Shown piece by piece: positions 44,561 through 54,300 of a stretch of 64,000 nucleotides of DNA. Under the pieces are notes generated by a model that was given only the letters and a program-made list of their open reading frames with translations, was not told the origin of the DNA and searched no databases. A program made the translations under genes and the position numbers. Position 1 is the first letter of the stretch. Every line of letters starts with the position of its first letter. Source of the DNA: Candidatus Omnitrophota bacterium (GTDB lineage Bacteria; Omnitrophota; Gorgyraeia; Zapsychrales; Zapsychraceae); contig JAJDCA010000051.1 of NCBI GenBank assembly GCA_029261055.1, positions 9,082 to 73,081 of the forward strand, written 5' to 3'.

Positions 44561-47169
44561 ATGGCCGGATTCTGTTGTAATGAAGGTTCCGTCGTCACAA
44601 ATTGAGTTGTGTCATTGGCTATATTGTAAACATAAATATCTCCATTTCCATTTCGGAAATCTTTCCAAACAACATAATTCTTGGCGACAACAGGTCTAAG
44701 CCCTTTTTGACCATTGGATAAAATGGTCTTTTCAACACCCGTTGTAATGTCGTAAAGAATAATACTAGATGTCTCATTAAGCGTCCTTTCCCACACAATC
44801 CAATCACCGGAAATATCCGCATTCCAATCCACCAGGCTGTTCTGTGTAATTCGCTTTTCTCCACCCGTTGAAATAGCATACATATAAATATCCGAATTTC
44901 CGTTTCGAGAATCTTCCCAAACGATTTTATCGCCCGATATAGCCGGTCTTAATTGATTTACCAAAGAATTCGTAATTTTCTTCTCTATACCAATTGTGAC
45001 ATCATAAAGGTAAATATCCCAATTGCTATCACGCAGATCTTGCCAAACAATTTTATTACCTGAAATATCTGGTTTAGTTTGAACGGCTGAATTGCTTGTA
45101 ATTTGCTGTTCCACACCCGTGGTTATATCATACAGAAAAATATCTGCATCCACGTTGCGCCAATCTTCCCAAACAATCAAATCACCTGAAATAGAAACAT
45201 TAACTTGTTCTTTAAGATCTGTTGTAATTTGCTTTTCCTGGCCTGTAGAAAAATCATAAAGAAAAACATTCGCATTAAAATTTCTAAAATCAATCCACGC
45301 AACTCTTTGCCCCGAAATCACGGGAAACTCTTGAGTAAAAATATTTGTTGTAATTTGCTGAACACCCGGGTTGCGTATCCAGGTCTTTACTTCAACAATA
45401 TCTTCAAACTCTCTCGCAGTTGAATCTGTGGCAACCAGCCGCAGTAAAAATTGCCCCACACCTACTTCATTTAAACCCCACGCACCTAAAGAACCATCAT
45501 CTATGGGAGTGGTCACCACCGGCCCAATTGGAAACCAATTCCCCAACTTATTTAAATTTCTATAAGATAATTGATAGTGTTGAAATGCATCTCCTGTGGC
45601 TGCCCCATCGATAAGTATTGAACTATTTTCATTTGATATTTCTATTTGAACCCCAGAATTAGGATAATTAATTTTAGCTTTAAGCACAGAGTTAATATTA
45701 AGAGCTTGTTCCGCATTAATGCGGCCATAACCGGAATTAAAATCAAAACCCGGACTATCAATGTCATCCGCTGAAACACGAAGAACCTGGCTAATATCAT
45801 CATTTGTAAAAGTTGGTTGATGTGCTGCAATCAAGGCTGCAAGTCCGGTAACATGAGGTGCTGCCATTGATGTTCCGGATTTAAATCCATACTTATCTGC
45901 CAGGGTTGTTGACAAAACGCTTCTTCCAGGAGCTGCTACGATGACCGATCCTCCAAAATTTGAAAAACTGGCTTTATTATCATTTGAATCTGAAGCCGCT
46001 ACCGTTATGGTTTCACTCATATTTTGAGGACTCTTTAAAGATACGTCTACCGCCTCATTTCCAGCTGAAAAAACGACCACCACACCTGAATTATATGCAG
46101 CCTTTACAGCAGCTTCCGCCACAGGGTTGCTGGGGCATATTTCTTTGCATCCCCAGCTATTATTAATTACCTCTGCTCCATTCTTTACGGCATAAAAAAT
46201 ACCCTCAGCTAAATCGGAAGTGAACCCTGTTCCTGCATCAGAAAACCCCTTAACCGGCATAATCGTAGCCTGTGGCGCGACACCAATCACACCTATACCA
46301 TTATTACCAACAGCGGCAATTGTTCCTGCGACATGACTCCCATGAGAATGCTTATCCATAGGATCGTTATCATCATTTCCAAAATCCCATCCGTGAACAT
46401 CATCGATATGCCCATTCTCATCATCATCAATACCATTCGTTTCTTTGTCATTATCATCGCTGTCTATTCCCGTCTCACCTGTATTCGTCCAAATATTTGC
46501 AGCTAAATCTTCGTGCAAATAATTTACCCCTGTATCCACTACAGCGACAAAGACACCCTGCCCCTGATTAACATCCCAAGCCATTTCGGTCTGAATCTTT
46601 TCCAATCCCCATAAATTCCTGTCAAGAAACCTTGGATCATTAGGAAGAAAGGCTGGCGTCATCAGATAATCCGGCTGAGCATATTCGACATGCGGATCGC
46701 TTTGATAATGCTGACAAATTTTTTCAATATCACTCTCTTCAGGTACTTCAAAAACATACACGTTAGATAAATCCGGCAGGGCAGGGCCATCGACAGCGCC
46801 TAACAAATGGGGTTGAATCTTAAAATTTGCTTTTTGTAACTGACTTTCTATTTTGTTTTTAGCCTGGCTGGTTGACAGCTTGTCCCGTTTGACAAATAAA
46901 CTTCGTGCATTCTTTACTTTATAATGTTGATTAAGATTATCGATAGAAGTACTGTGATCGTTGAAAGCATTTTGAAATTTTTGGCGGTTACTTAAAAGAC
47001 AATGGGCACAGGTTCGCAAAGCCTCCCTTCCATCACTTTTAAATTTTACAATAAAGCGACCTTTAGCAAAATTTGTGTCAGGCTTTTTTGATATTGCTTG
47101 CTGTGCGTTTAATGTCGTAATAAACAATAATCCCAAAGCAATCCCCAACACGGTAAATACTTTTTTCAT
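42277..47169 (-). CDS. Secreted giant subtilisin-like serine protease (S8) with I9 propeptide, Ca-binding Asp-rich insert, 7 TolB/PD40-like beta-propeller repeats and a triplicated C-terminal module
   Basis: Signal peptide; catalytic triad motifs VAVVDTGV / HGSHVAGT / GTSMAAPHV; seven DIYLYD..TG..KIT repeats; C-terminal Ig-like plus roughly 200-aa unknown domain in tandem copies. Confidence 0.85.
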   Translation of the reverse strand: MKKVFTVLGIALGLLFITTLNAQQAISKKPDTNFAKGRFIVKFKSDGREALRTCAHCLLSNRQKFQNAFNDHSTSIDNLNQHYKVKNARSLFVKRDKLSTSQAKNKIESQLQKANFKIQPHLLGAVDGPALPDLSNVYVFEVPEESDIEKICQHYQSDPHVEYAQPDYLMTPAFLPNDPRFLDRNLWGLEKIQTEMAWDVNQGQGVFVAVVDTGVNYLHEDLAANIWTNTGETGIDSDDNDKETNGIDDDENGHIDDVHGWDFGNDDNDPMDKHSHGSHVAGTIAAVGNNGIGVIGVAPQATIMPVKGFSDAGTGFTSDLAEGIFYAVKNGAEVINNSWGCKEICPSNPVAEAAVKAAYNSGVVVVFSAGNEAVDVSLKSPQNMSETITVAASDSNDNKASFSNFGGSVIVAAPGRSVLSTTLADKYGFKSGTSMAAPHVTGLAALIAAHQPTFTNDDISQVLRVSADDIDSPGFDFNSGYGRINAEQALNINSVLKAKINYPNSGVQIEISNENSSILIDGAATGDAFQHYQLSYRNLNKLGNWFPIGPVVTTPIDDGSLGAWGLNEVGVGQFLLRLVATDSTAREFEDIVEVKTWIRNPGVQQITTNIFTQEFPVISGQRVAWIDFRNFNANVFLYDFSTGQEKQITTDLKEQVNVSISGDLIVWEDWRNVDADIFLYDITTGVEQQITSNSAVQTKPDISGNKIVWQDLRDSNWDIYLYDVTIGIEKKITNSLVNQLRPAISGDKIVWEDSRNGNSDIYMYAISTGGEKRITQNSLVDWNADISGDWIVWERTLNETSSIILYDITTGVEKTILSNGQKGLRPVVAKNYVVWKDFRNGNGDIYVYNIANDTTQFVTTEPSLQQNPAIDTRRIVWEDFRNGNADIFVYELPNNSPVVNPIENKSVDEGQTLSFIVTATDVDGEPLTYTALSLPDGASFNSATQIFSWTPGFDQSGVYDGVRFEVSDGKDIDFKEITITVNDVVGNPQLFFDDFSTDTTGSYTVTDTWTSGGTGRFVYDGAGQRSQVLTGDNIGLRIGQSIPATDTGTFKVDFEPVKKYPAGGGLMINLRQDADHYYRISNTDGYGPRSVEKVVGRRVVERVFFASEYIQGAKYSIVVNFNPTTMTVRAFGDQVTLSGNGSAINVSAFEITTSQQDAYYDNIEVRSDIQPNNPPVLNTIGNKVVDEGETLSFTVTATDDDGEPLTYAALSLPDGASFNSATQIFSWTPNFDQSGVYDGVRFEVSDGVDMVFEEITITVNDVVGNPQLFFDDFSTDTTGAYTVTDTWTAGGTGRFVYDSTGQRAKVVTGDNIGLKIGQSIPATDTGTFKMDFEPVKKYPAGGGLMISLNQDAGNYYRISNTDGYGPRSVEKVVGRRVVERVFFASEYIQGTKYSIVVNFSPTTMTVRAFGDQVTLSGNGSAINVSAFEITTSQQDAYYDNIEVRSDVQPPPASLFFDDFSTDTIGAYTVTDTWTAGGTGRFVYDSVGQRAKVVTGDNIGLKIGQNISATDTGAFKVDFEPVKKHPLGGIITINLKQDANNYYRIRNTDGYGTKAVEKIVGGRVVESVFFASEFVQGNIYSIVVDFSPTTFIVTAFGDQVTLSRNSSAINVSTFEIEARQQDVYLDNIEVK

Positions 47170-47315
47170 GACTATTCTCCTTCTTTATATTTGAGTATAT
47201 TCTGGAAATGATTTTAACTGCTTAGTACACAGGAATATACACGCCTAAAAGAAAATGTCAACAAGACATACCCTCTCTTACACCCCCAAACATAGACATC
47301 AACTAATTTAATAAA

Positions 47316-48533
47316 TTAAGGTAGATCCAATTGTTTCAAAACCAACTTCATGGACTGCAGAAATTCTGCGGGAGGGACATAACCGGTGACGCGGGCTTCA
47401 TCGACTTCTTGGCCGTTGGCATCTAGAAATACAATAATCGGCAGACCGAAGATACCATATTGTTCGAGCACTTTCTGGACTTCCGGGGCCATCATATCTG
47501 TAGCATCAACGCGTAAACGTACAAAATTTTCCAATTCCTTAGCCACTGTGGGGTGTGTAAGGACAAAGTTTTCTAATTCATGACAGGTAATGCACCAATC
47601 GGCATAAAAATCAATGACAACAGGTTCATTATTCTTTTGAGCCTTAGCTAATTCTTGAACCCGATAAGGCGCCCAAACAAGATGTTCTTTTTTAGTAAAA
47701 AATGAAGAAATAATCGAAATCCCAATAATCACCATGGCTAAACCAAACAACCATTTTAAACGAACGAATATAACTCTTTCTTTACCAGAAGCTTCCACAA
47801 ATCCAAGATATAAACCTCCAAGAATGAGAGAAACAGGAAGAACCCAGTCAATCCAGTCAGGCCGAAAGGCAATGGCCAGATAAAAACAACCAAAACCGAC
47901 TAAAAGTACTCCAAAAAGATGCTCTACCCATATCAACCATCCGCCGGCCTTAGGTAATTTTTGCAAAAGCCCGGAAAATGTGCCTAAAATAAGGTATGGA
48001 AGACCTAAGCCTATCGAAAATACAAAAAATGATAAAAATCCAAAAAGAATCTGTCCCCTACTCGCTACCGAAGCTAAAAGCGCAATGACGGGTGGGCCAA
48101 TGCAAGGGGCTGCAAATACACCAACAAACATGCCTGAAAAAAATAACCCCCAATAATTCGTTTTTCTCGCCTTCCCCAAACGCTGCAACAATGCCGATGG
48201 CACCTGCAATTGATAAACGCCAAACATCGAAAGAGCCAGTCCAAACATCAAAAATGATACCGCCACGACAACCCATTTATTCTGTAAAATCCCTCCGAAT
48301 AAAGCGCCCGTCATGGCAGCAATGACACCAAGAGAACTATACATCACGGCCATGCCTAAAACATAGACCAATGCTTTTTGAAAAGAGGCCGCCACCTTAT
48401 CTTCTTCGCCATCTTTCTTTTTAAAAAGTGAAGCTGTCACCGATAACATAGGATATACACAAGGCGTGAGATTTACAGCTAACCCGGCGAGAAAAAACGT
48501 GAGAAAATGAATAAAATAATTAAATAAATCCAA
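47316..48533 (-). CDS. Thiol:disulfide interchange protein (DsbD/CcdA TM core with C-terminal thioredoxin domain)
   Basis: CcdA-type LTPCVYPML motif in a multi-TM N-region; C-terminal thioredoxin-like domain with WCITC CxxC. Confidence 0.75.
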   Translation of the reverse strand: MDLFNYFIHFLTFFLAGLAVNLTPCVYPMLSVTASLFKKKDGEEDKVAASFQKALVYVLGMAVMYSSLGVIAAMTGALFGGILQNKWVVVAVSFLMFGLALSMFGVYQLQVPSALLQRLGKARKTNYWGLFFSGMFVGVFAAPCIGPPVIALLASVASRGQILFGFLSFFVFSIGLGLPYLILGTFSGLLQKLPKAGGWLIWVEHLFGVLLVGFGCFYLAIAFRPDWIDWVLPVSLILGGLYLGFVEASGKERVIFVRLKWLFGLAMVIIGISIISSFFTKKEHLVWAPYRVQELAKAQKNNEPVVIDFYADWCITCHELENFVLTHPTVAKELENFVRLRVDATDMMAPEVQKVLEQYGIFGLPIIVFLDANGQEVDEARVTGYVPPAEFLQSMKLVLKQLDLP

Positions 48534-48551
48534 CTACTGCTCCATAACTAA

Positions 48552-48854
48552 TTAATACGGACAATGTCGTCCGTGGTGACCATAGTGTCTTCGAGGATGA
48601 TAACTGTAATGCTGGCTGTGATAATAATGCCGCTGCTCTTCCTTAATATATTCTTGCCTGACCCGGTCAGCTTCAACCTTTAATTCCAACATCTTTTCTT
48701 TAGTAATATCTCTACTATCATGGGCCAATTCTATTTCTTGAATCCGCTCTTGATACCAATACTTAGAACCGACGCCTTTGTACTGAAGAGCCGCGCATCC
48801 GACTGTGAATAGACAGATTATCAAAAAGAAGAGTTTTTTCAACATAATTTCCAC
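48552..48854 (-). CDS. Small lipoprotein with His/Tyr-rich C-terminus
   Basis: Lipobox LFTVGC; C-terminal YYHSQHYSYHPRRHYGHHGRH. Confidence 0.4.
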   Translation of the reverse strand: MEIMLKKLFFLIICLFTVGCAALQYKGVGSKYWYQERIQEIELAHDSRDITKEKMLELKVEADRVRQEYIKEEQRHYYHSQHYSYHPRRHYGHHGRHCPY

Positions 48855-48928
48855 CTTAATTTCTATGAAACTCTACTTTATATAACACAAATAAAGCCTT
48901 ACATATTCACAAAGTCCTTAATGATTCG

Positions 48929-49789
48929 TTAATTTATCGTAATTGCCCCATCCCTCAACTGCTCTTCACTGAAAATACCATCCTTCAAACCCGAATTATA
49001 TCGCACATTCGTAAAACTCATCATGGTTTCACCACCGACCTTGAGATCCTTGATCAAAGAGCGTGTCACCGTGGCATATCCCTGTATGCGCCGAATTTCC
49101 TGAACTTCAATAAGACGCATTAATAAATTTTCGTCATCATAAAATTCAACCTTAACAGGGATAAGATCGCGTTCACGAATCCATGAAAGATAATATTTAA
49201 AATCAACACGGCCTGCGTCTTTCGGAATGCTCTTAATTAAATAATGTCCTGTTCCATTAAATTCCACCAACTCATGTTCATCCTCATCAACATCACGCCC
49301 CGAGATATCTTCATACGAAAAATGTGCCCCAAGAAAATTTAGACGTTTATCCCGAGGATCAATGCGGTGCACAAGGTCTAAAATCGGTACATACAACCAT
49401 CGTTCATCCTCGGCGTTTATATGTTTCCATACCATATAAGAAACACCGCTGAAAAATCTTGGCTCAGAAAATTGAATAAAAAATTTCTGATCCCCTCGAT
49501 CATTGACATTTTTTCTAAAGATTTTAAATTCAAAATCCTGGTCTATGGAATAAGGACCTAATGTCGTCATCTTGACATCACAAACTGCATCCTGTCCTCC
49601 ATAAAATACAACCACGTTAGACCTACGCATAATATCTTCAGCCTTTATTTCTAAACCATTAAGTTCTGTTATGAAAAAACATAAAAGCATCAATAATATG
49701 ACAAGAATTGCCCCAGGCAATTTTCGTAGTACCAATAAAAAATGATGCCCTTCAACAGAATGCCAATGCATGCTCATAATATTTTTCAT
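48929..49789 (-). CDS. LolA-like / outer-membrane lipoprotein-sorting family protein (putative)
   Basis: N-terminal TM or signal anchor; general beta-rich profile resembling the LolA_like superfamily. Weak call. Confidence 0.4.
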   Translation of the reverse strand: MKNIMSMHWHSVEGHHFLLVLRKLPGAILVILLMLLCFFITELNGLEIKAEDIMRRSNVVVFYGGQDAVCDVKMTTLGPYSIDQDFEFKIFRKNVNDRGDQKFFIQFSEPRFFSGVSYMVWKHINAEDERWLYVPILDLVHRIDPRDKRLNFLGAHFSYEDISGRDVDEDEHELVEFNGTGHYLIKSIPKDAGRVDFKYYLSWIRERDLIPVKVEFYDDENLLMRLIEVQEIRRIQGYATVTRSLIKDLKVGGETMMSFTNVRYNSGLKDGIFSEEQLRDGAITIN

Positions 49790-49859
49790 GTCACACCTCC
49801 TTTCTTATTTAGAGAAGTAAAGTTGTAGAGAATCAAGAGGCAAAAAAAAAGAAAAATCG

Positions 49860-49985
49860 ATTTACTTAAACTTCTTATTTCTCTACCTCTCTGCCTCTTG
49901 CCTCTTACTTCTTTGCATCTTGCTTCTTGCCTCTCTACTTCTTGATTCTCTGCTTCTTACCTCTCACTTCTCTCCTTCTCGCATC
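49860..49985. repeat. Intergenic CTCTTGCYTCT / purine-rich (GAGGCAAGAAG)n microsatellite
   Basis: Tandem imperfect units CTCTACCTCTCTGCCTCTTGCCTCTTACTTCTTTGCATCTTGCTTCTTGCCTCTCTACTTCTTGATTCTCTGCTTCTTACCTCTC. The same unit family occurs at 10300..10400 and 36690..36780. Confidence 0.6.
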
Positions 49986-50460
49986 AATACGACGGCACAA
50001 CAAACGTCAATTCCAAAAACCTTGGTCTAACCACATCGACAAAATCACTAAATCGCATCTTGATAATTTCTCTATGCGTACCGGCATTAAAGGCGATCTC
50101 GTCATGATCCTGAAGACTTTTGGCCACCACGACCTCCATGCTATACAAAGAACCAAACGGCGGCATAGCCCCAATTTCACAATCCGGAAACATCCGCGCA
50201 AAATCATCTTCCGTCGCCAACTCAATCCTATCAATGCCTGTACTCCTTCTTAGTAAACCAAAATCTACTCTGCATGCGGCCGGTAATACAACCATGGTAA
50301 GTTTATCGTCCATCTTCACCATGACCGTCTTTACAAATTCCTTACCAGATATATGAGTCGACTGCGCAATTTCCTGTGCCGTATAAGCCGTCGAGTGGCT
50401 CAACACGACATACTTGACGTAACGCTCATCCAAATAATGTTTTAATCGTTTAATAGGCAT
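49984..50460 (-). CDS. YbaK/ProX-type aminoacyl-tRNA deacylase domain protein
   Basis: 158 aa, the right size for this family, with a conserved central block (...HISGKEFVKTVMVK...MVVLPAACRVDF...). Confidence 0.65.
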   Translation of the reverse strand: MPIKRLKHYLDERYVKYVVLSHSTAYTAQEIAQSTHISGKEFVKTVMVKMDDKLTMVVLPAACRVDFGLLRRSTGIDRIELATEDDFARMFPDCEIGAMPPFGSLYSMEVVVAKSLQDHDEIAFNAGTHREIIKMRFSDFVDVVRPRFLELTFVVPSY

Positions 50461-50590
50461 GATGTCCTCCTTTCTTTTCTTTATCCATAACCCTAAACTA
50501 CATATATCAAGTGTGCGTAGTTAAGTAAATTGGATGGTGTACGCAGGTATGTAGGGGGAAGTACTTATGTGTGGTGTACCAGAATGATCT

Positions 50591-50917
50591 CTAAGCGTGA
50601 ACTTTAATTTTTCGAGGAATAAGTTGATAGCCCATAGCATGCATAATGGCATTAATACTTTCGAATCTTGGGTTTCCTTTTACTGAAAGTGCTTTTTGTA
50701 AACCATTACGAGTTAAATCTGTCTTTTTTGCAATAAGGCTTATGCCTTTTGCACGAATAACTCTACGTAGTGAAGAAAGCAATGCCCCTATATCACCATC
50801 TTTGGCGTACTCATCAAAAATGATAGTAATATATTCATCAATTTCTTCAGGGTGCTTGACGAAATATTCTTCTTCAATTTCTCCGAAAGTTCTGTATTGT
50901 CTTTTTTTCTTAATCAT
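50591..50917 (-). CDS. Addiction-module antidote protein (HigA-like, COG3636/TIGR02684 family)
   Basis: Sits downstream of the COG3657 killer gene with the classic ATGATTAA 8-nt overlap; HTH-containing C-terminal half. The start was moved to the MIKKK ATG at 50917. Confidence 0.65.
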   Translation of the reverse strand: MIKKKRQYRTFGEIEEEYFVKHPEEIDEYITIIFDEYAKDGDIGALLSSLRRVIRAKGISLIAKKTDLTRNGLQKALSVKGNPRFESINAIMHAMGYQLIPRKIKVHA

Positions 50918-51248
50918 TTTCTTTACAATCCTTCCAATATAATTTTGCTTTTTTAATATCACTCTTTTGGCTACCCTTATCTCCTCCGCATAATAAAATT
51001 ACGACATTTTCCGAATCTTCACCATAATAAACTCTATAACCAGGACCAAAAAATATCCTCAACTCACTTACGCCATTCCCAACAGTGGAATGGTCACCAA
51101 AATTCCCCTGCTCTACCCGTGCGATGCGAGCCAATATTCTCTTTCGCCCTACAGCATTCCGTAATCTGTTTACCCAAGTTGTAAAAGGCTCATATCCTTT
51201 TTCATCAGCATAAATAACTACATTTTTACATCTCAAATTCTTTACCAC
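50910..51248 (-). CDS. Addiction-module killer protein (RelE/ParE-superfamily, COG3657/TIGR02683 family)
   Basis: FTTWVNRLRN...RILARIARVEQGNFGDHSTVGNGVSELRIFFGPGYRVYY matches the COG3657 consensus. GTG start. Confidence 0.65.
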   Translation of the reverse strand: MVKNLRCKNVVIYADEKGYEPFTTWVNRLRNAVGRKRILARIARVEQGNFGDHSTVGNGVSELRIFFGPGYRVYYGEDSENVVILLCGGDKGSQKSDIKKAKLYWKDCKEND

Positions 51249-51280
51249 ACTACGACCCTTCTATTTAAATAATACCATAC

Positions 51281-51296
51281 GCATACTCTAGTATGC
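51281..51296. promoter_or_regulatory. Putative operator of the COG3657/COG3636 toxin-antitoxin operon
   Basis: GCATAC-TCTA-GTATGC 6-4-6 inverted repeat 33 nt upstream of the toxin start, adjacent to a TATTAT -10-like hexamer. Confidence 0.35.
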
Positions 51297-51380
51297 AATA
51301 TTTTATTTACACGATAAACTCTTTACTAATGAGGATAATATTTGGGGAATTTAGGGAATGGGGAAAATTTTGTAATGCAC

Positions 51381-54300
51381 CTAATTCAAACGCGACACAT
51401 TATACTCTTCATTTTCTTCATTACGAGGTACAAGGCCTAAGAGGGGTAAAATACTATTAATCGGCGTAAAATCCATAAACACCGGTGAAAACACAACACC
51501 ATCCTCGAGCAAGGGCTCCAACTGCGCAGGGTCAAATTGAATGTCCACCCCGCTACCCCCTCGATTGAGGTCGATTTCGTTCATGTCGATACCACCGACC
51601 ATTGAATCATCGACATCATCTTTATCTTCTTTGAAAATATGATTACTTAGCCAACTTTCCCTACCCTTCAAAACAGCATCAGCAAATTCCCGAGAAAATT
51701 CTGCAGGTTTTTTTGACTGGGTAATCGCGGCATTTACCAAAACAGCATTAAACCCCATTTCCATAGCTTCTTGCGCATGTTCAGGGGAACTTATGCCTGC
51801 CTCAGCAATTAATTGAATATCAGGTCGAATCCCTCTAGACCAAATCATAATATTTTTTATTAATTTTTTACCCTCTTCTGTTCCCAATCCACCACCTGAG
51901 CCTGGTTGTGTGCCTTCGATACGCAACCCAACGACTTGTTTTAATTCTAGTATTTCGTTTAACATTTTTTTAGACATTGTTTTTCCAATTAAGGGGAAAA
52001 TCTTAATATCCTTATTAAGATTAACCAACACTTTAACAGCATCAATGATGTCATTATTTTTTGTCATTAGATTGTCATCTCTAATTTCAAGTTTAAGGTA
52101 AGGCGTTTGTACTAATTGGACTCCTAGCGCTGCCATTATTATAGCTTCCTCTTGGTTTTGAACTCTACTAGTGTTAACCATCGTGATAAATTCTTTTGTT
52201 TCACCTAACCGCAACAATTCTTTATGCGTTGATTCTATATAAGGAACCCGCACATCTTCTGGCAATGTATTTAAACTCCCTGATTTACCTAACTTAGAAA
52301 ACCCTGCATTACTTTTAAATTTAGTATCTTGTAATATTTTTTTTGCCTCTTTAAAAGATGTTGTTTTTTTTAATTCTCTGACATCTCCTGGAAGAAAAAT
52401 AAATACTTGGGACCCAGATTCTAAAACAATATCGCGCGAAACGTTTGGAGAAAGTGTAGCAATACAAGTAGCATCAGAACAATTGTCATTACGCATATGC
52501 GTTATTGCCGTTGGAGAAATTAAAGGAAATAACTCCACCCCATTAATAACAAACCGAGTATAATTTTGAACTTCGACTACCTCTACATCAATAGTTTCCG
52601 CTGATTCAAGCTCAATTTCTCTCATGAGCCACTCTCTAATTTGGCCTTTATAATACTTAACTCCGTTATAATCACTAAAATTCCTCAAACCTCCCCAAAA
52701 ACCTCCAAACTTTAACCCGATAAATGTTTCACTTACAGATGCTTCTAACTTTACTACTTTAGAGAAAGCCTTAGCTATTTCTGTTGCAACATTTAGATAA
52801 TGCTTAAGAAGCTCTTTTTTCTTTTCCTTACTTACTCCCCCAAAAGGCAACATTTTCAAGGATATTGCCACGCCACCGTATAAATGAGATGTCCTATCTA
52901 ATTCATATACCATGTCTCGCATTATCGTTTCACGCAAAGACATCTCAGGCGCATTTTCCTCTTCCTTCTTTCTGACCATCGCCTTATCAAAATACTTTCC
53001 TAAATCATCCCAATCTATTTCTTCAGTATTGTTTATAATTAAATCTTTTCCTAATTGCGGAATCTCAGAATTTAATTTTTCATATGTTTTTGAAGAAAAT
53101 GTTGATCCTTCAACCATGAGGACCACTTTTCTATTTTGCTCAGCACGTTTACGCAGTCTTTCTTGCCTTGTCTCCTCATTGACATGAAATAATACTTCCA
53201 CGTCTGGTTCAATATTATTATTTAAATAAGCCGATGTCTCTACGCCTACGAAAAAAGCAATCTTTCTATCCCACATTTCTGTCTTCACAATTTTATTAAA
53301 AGGAGCATCCCGATCATTCAAAAATATTTCGTAACCCTCTCCAGCAACCGAGTTATCAGTAAGAGAATAGATAATATCTTTTTTAAAAAATCTTTTTAAC
53401 AATATATCTTCTACAAATGTCTTAATAAAAGTTTTCTTACCTGTACCGCTTAAACCTGCAATTCTAATAAATAACGCTCTTTTTTCATTATGCGAAGCTA
53501 ATTTTTTATCAATTATGTCCAAAAGCTCTTTGCTTCCCTCAAATACATTTTTGGATTTAACATACCCTTTTTTAATCTTTTCTTCAAAAGTCATCGTCGA
53601 AGCATCCACCTCATCTTTCTTCGGTGTTACACTCATCGCAAAGTCAAAGGTAGCGCCTACAATTGAATTTTCAATTTGTGTTGGATTAAAAGCTGGGGTG
53701 AATCGCATGGCAGCATCTTTGAATCCCCCTGAGAAATACTTCCTCGGGATGACTTCCTGGCTTAATGTATCGTACTCTTCCTTAATATAATCAAACACCC
53801 CTGTCTTAAACGCTTGCATGTATCGATCATAAATTTGATTGTTAACCGTCTTGTCTTCAATCGCAACACCAGCGACTTTGTTTTGGTCAACGTAGACTTG
53901 GAAAAGGATACTTCCTTTGATGGTTTCTTTGTACCATTTGGCGAGGATCAGGGAATGGTACATCTGTCGTAGTGATGCGAAATTTTGGCCTTCGTTGACT
54001 TCGCGTTCGATTTCGGGAAGGATGATTTCGCGAATGATTTCGGTGGAATCCCCTCGCAACTGATCTTCACCGAAGGTTGCTCGGGGCTCGGCGTTGGAAT
54101 TATTATTGTTCAACGCCTCGTAATCTTCCTCCAACATCACTTTCAGCCGACTGTTAACGATGTACACCGTATTCTCATGCTCATACACCGTTGCACTCTC
54201 CGGCATGATCCAAACTTTGTTAAAGGTGTTCACTGGGATTTCTGTCACCCCATATTCTTTCTCGGCTCGTTCATAGACCCTCGCCCAAAATTTTTCCCCC

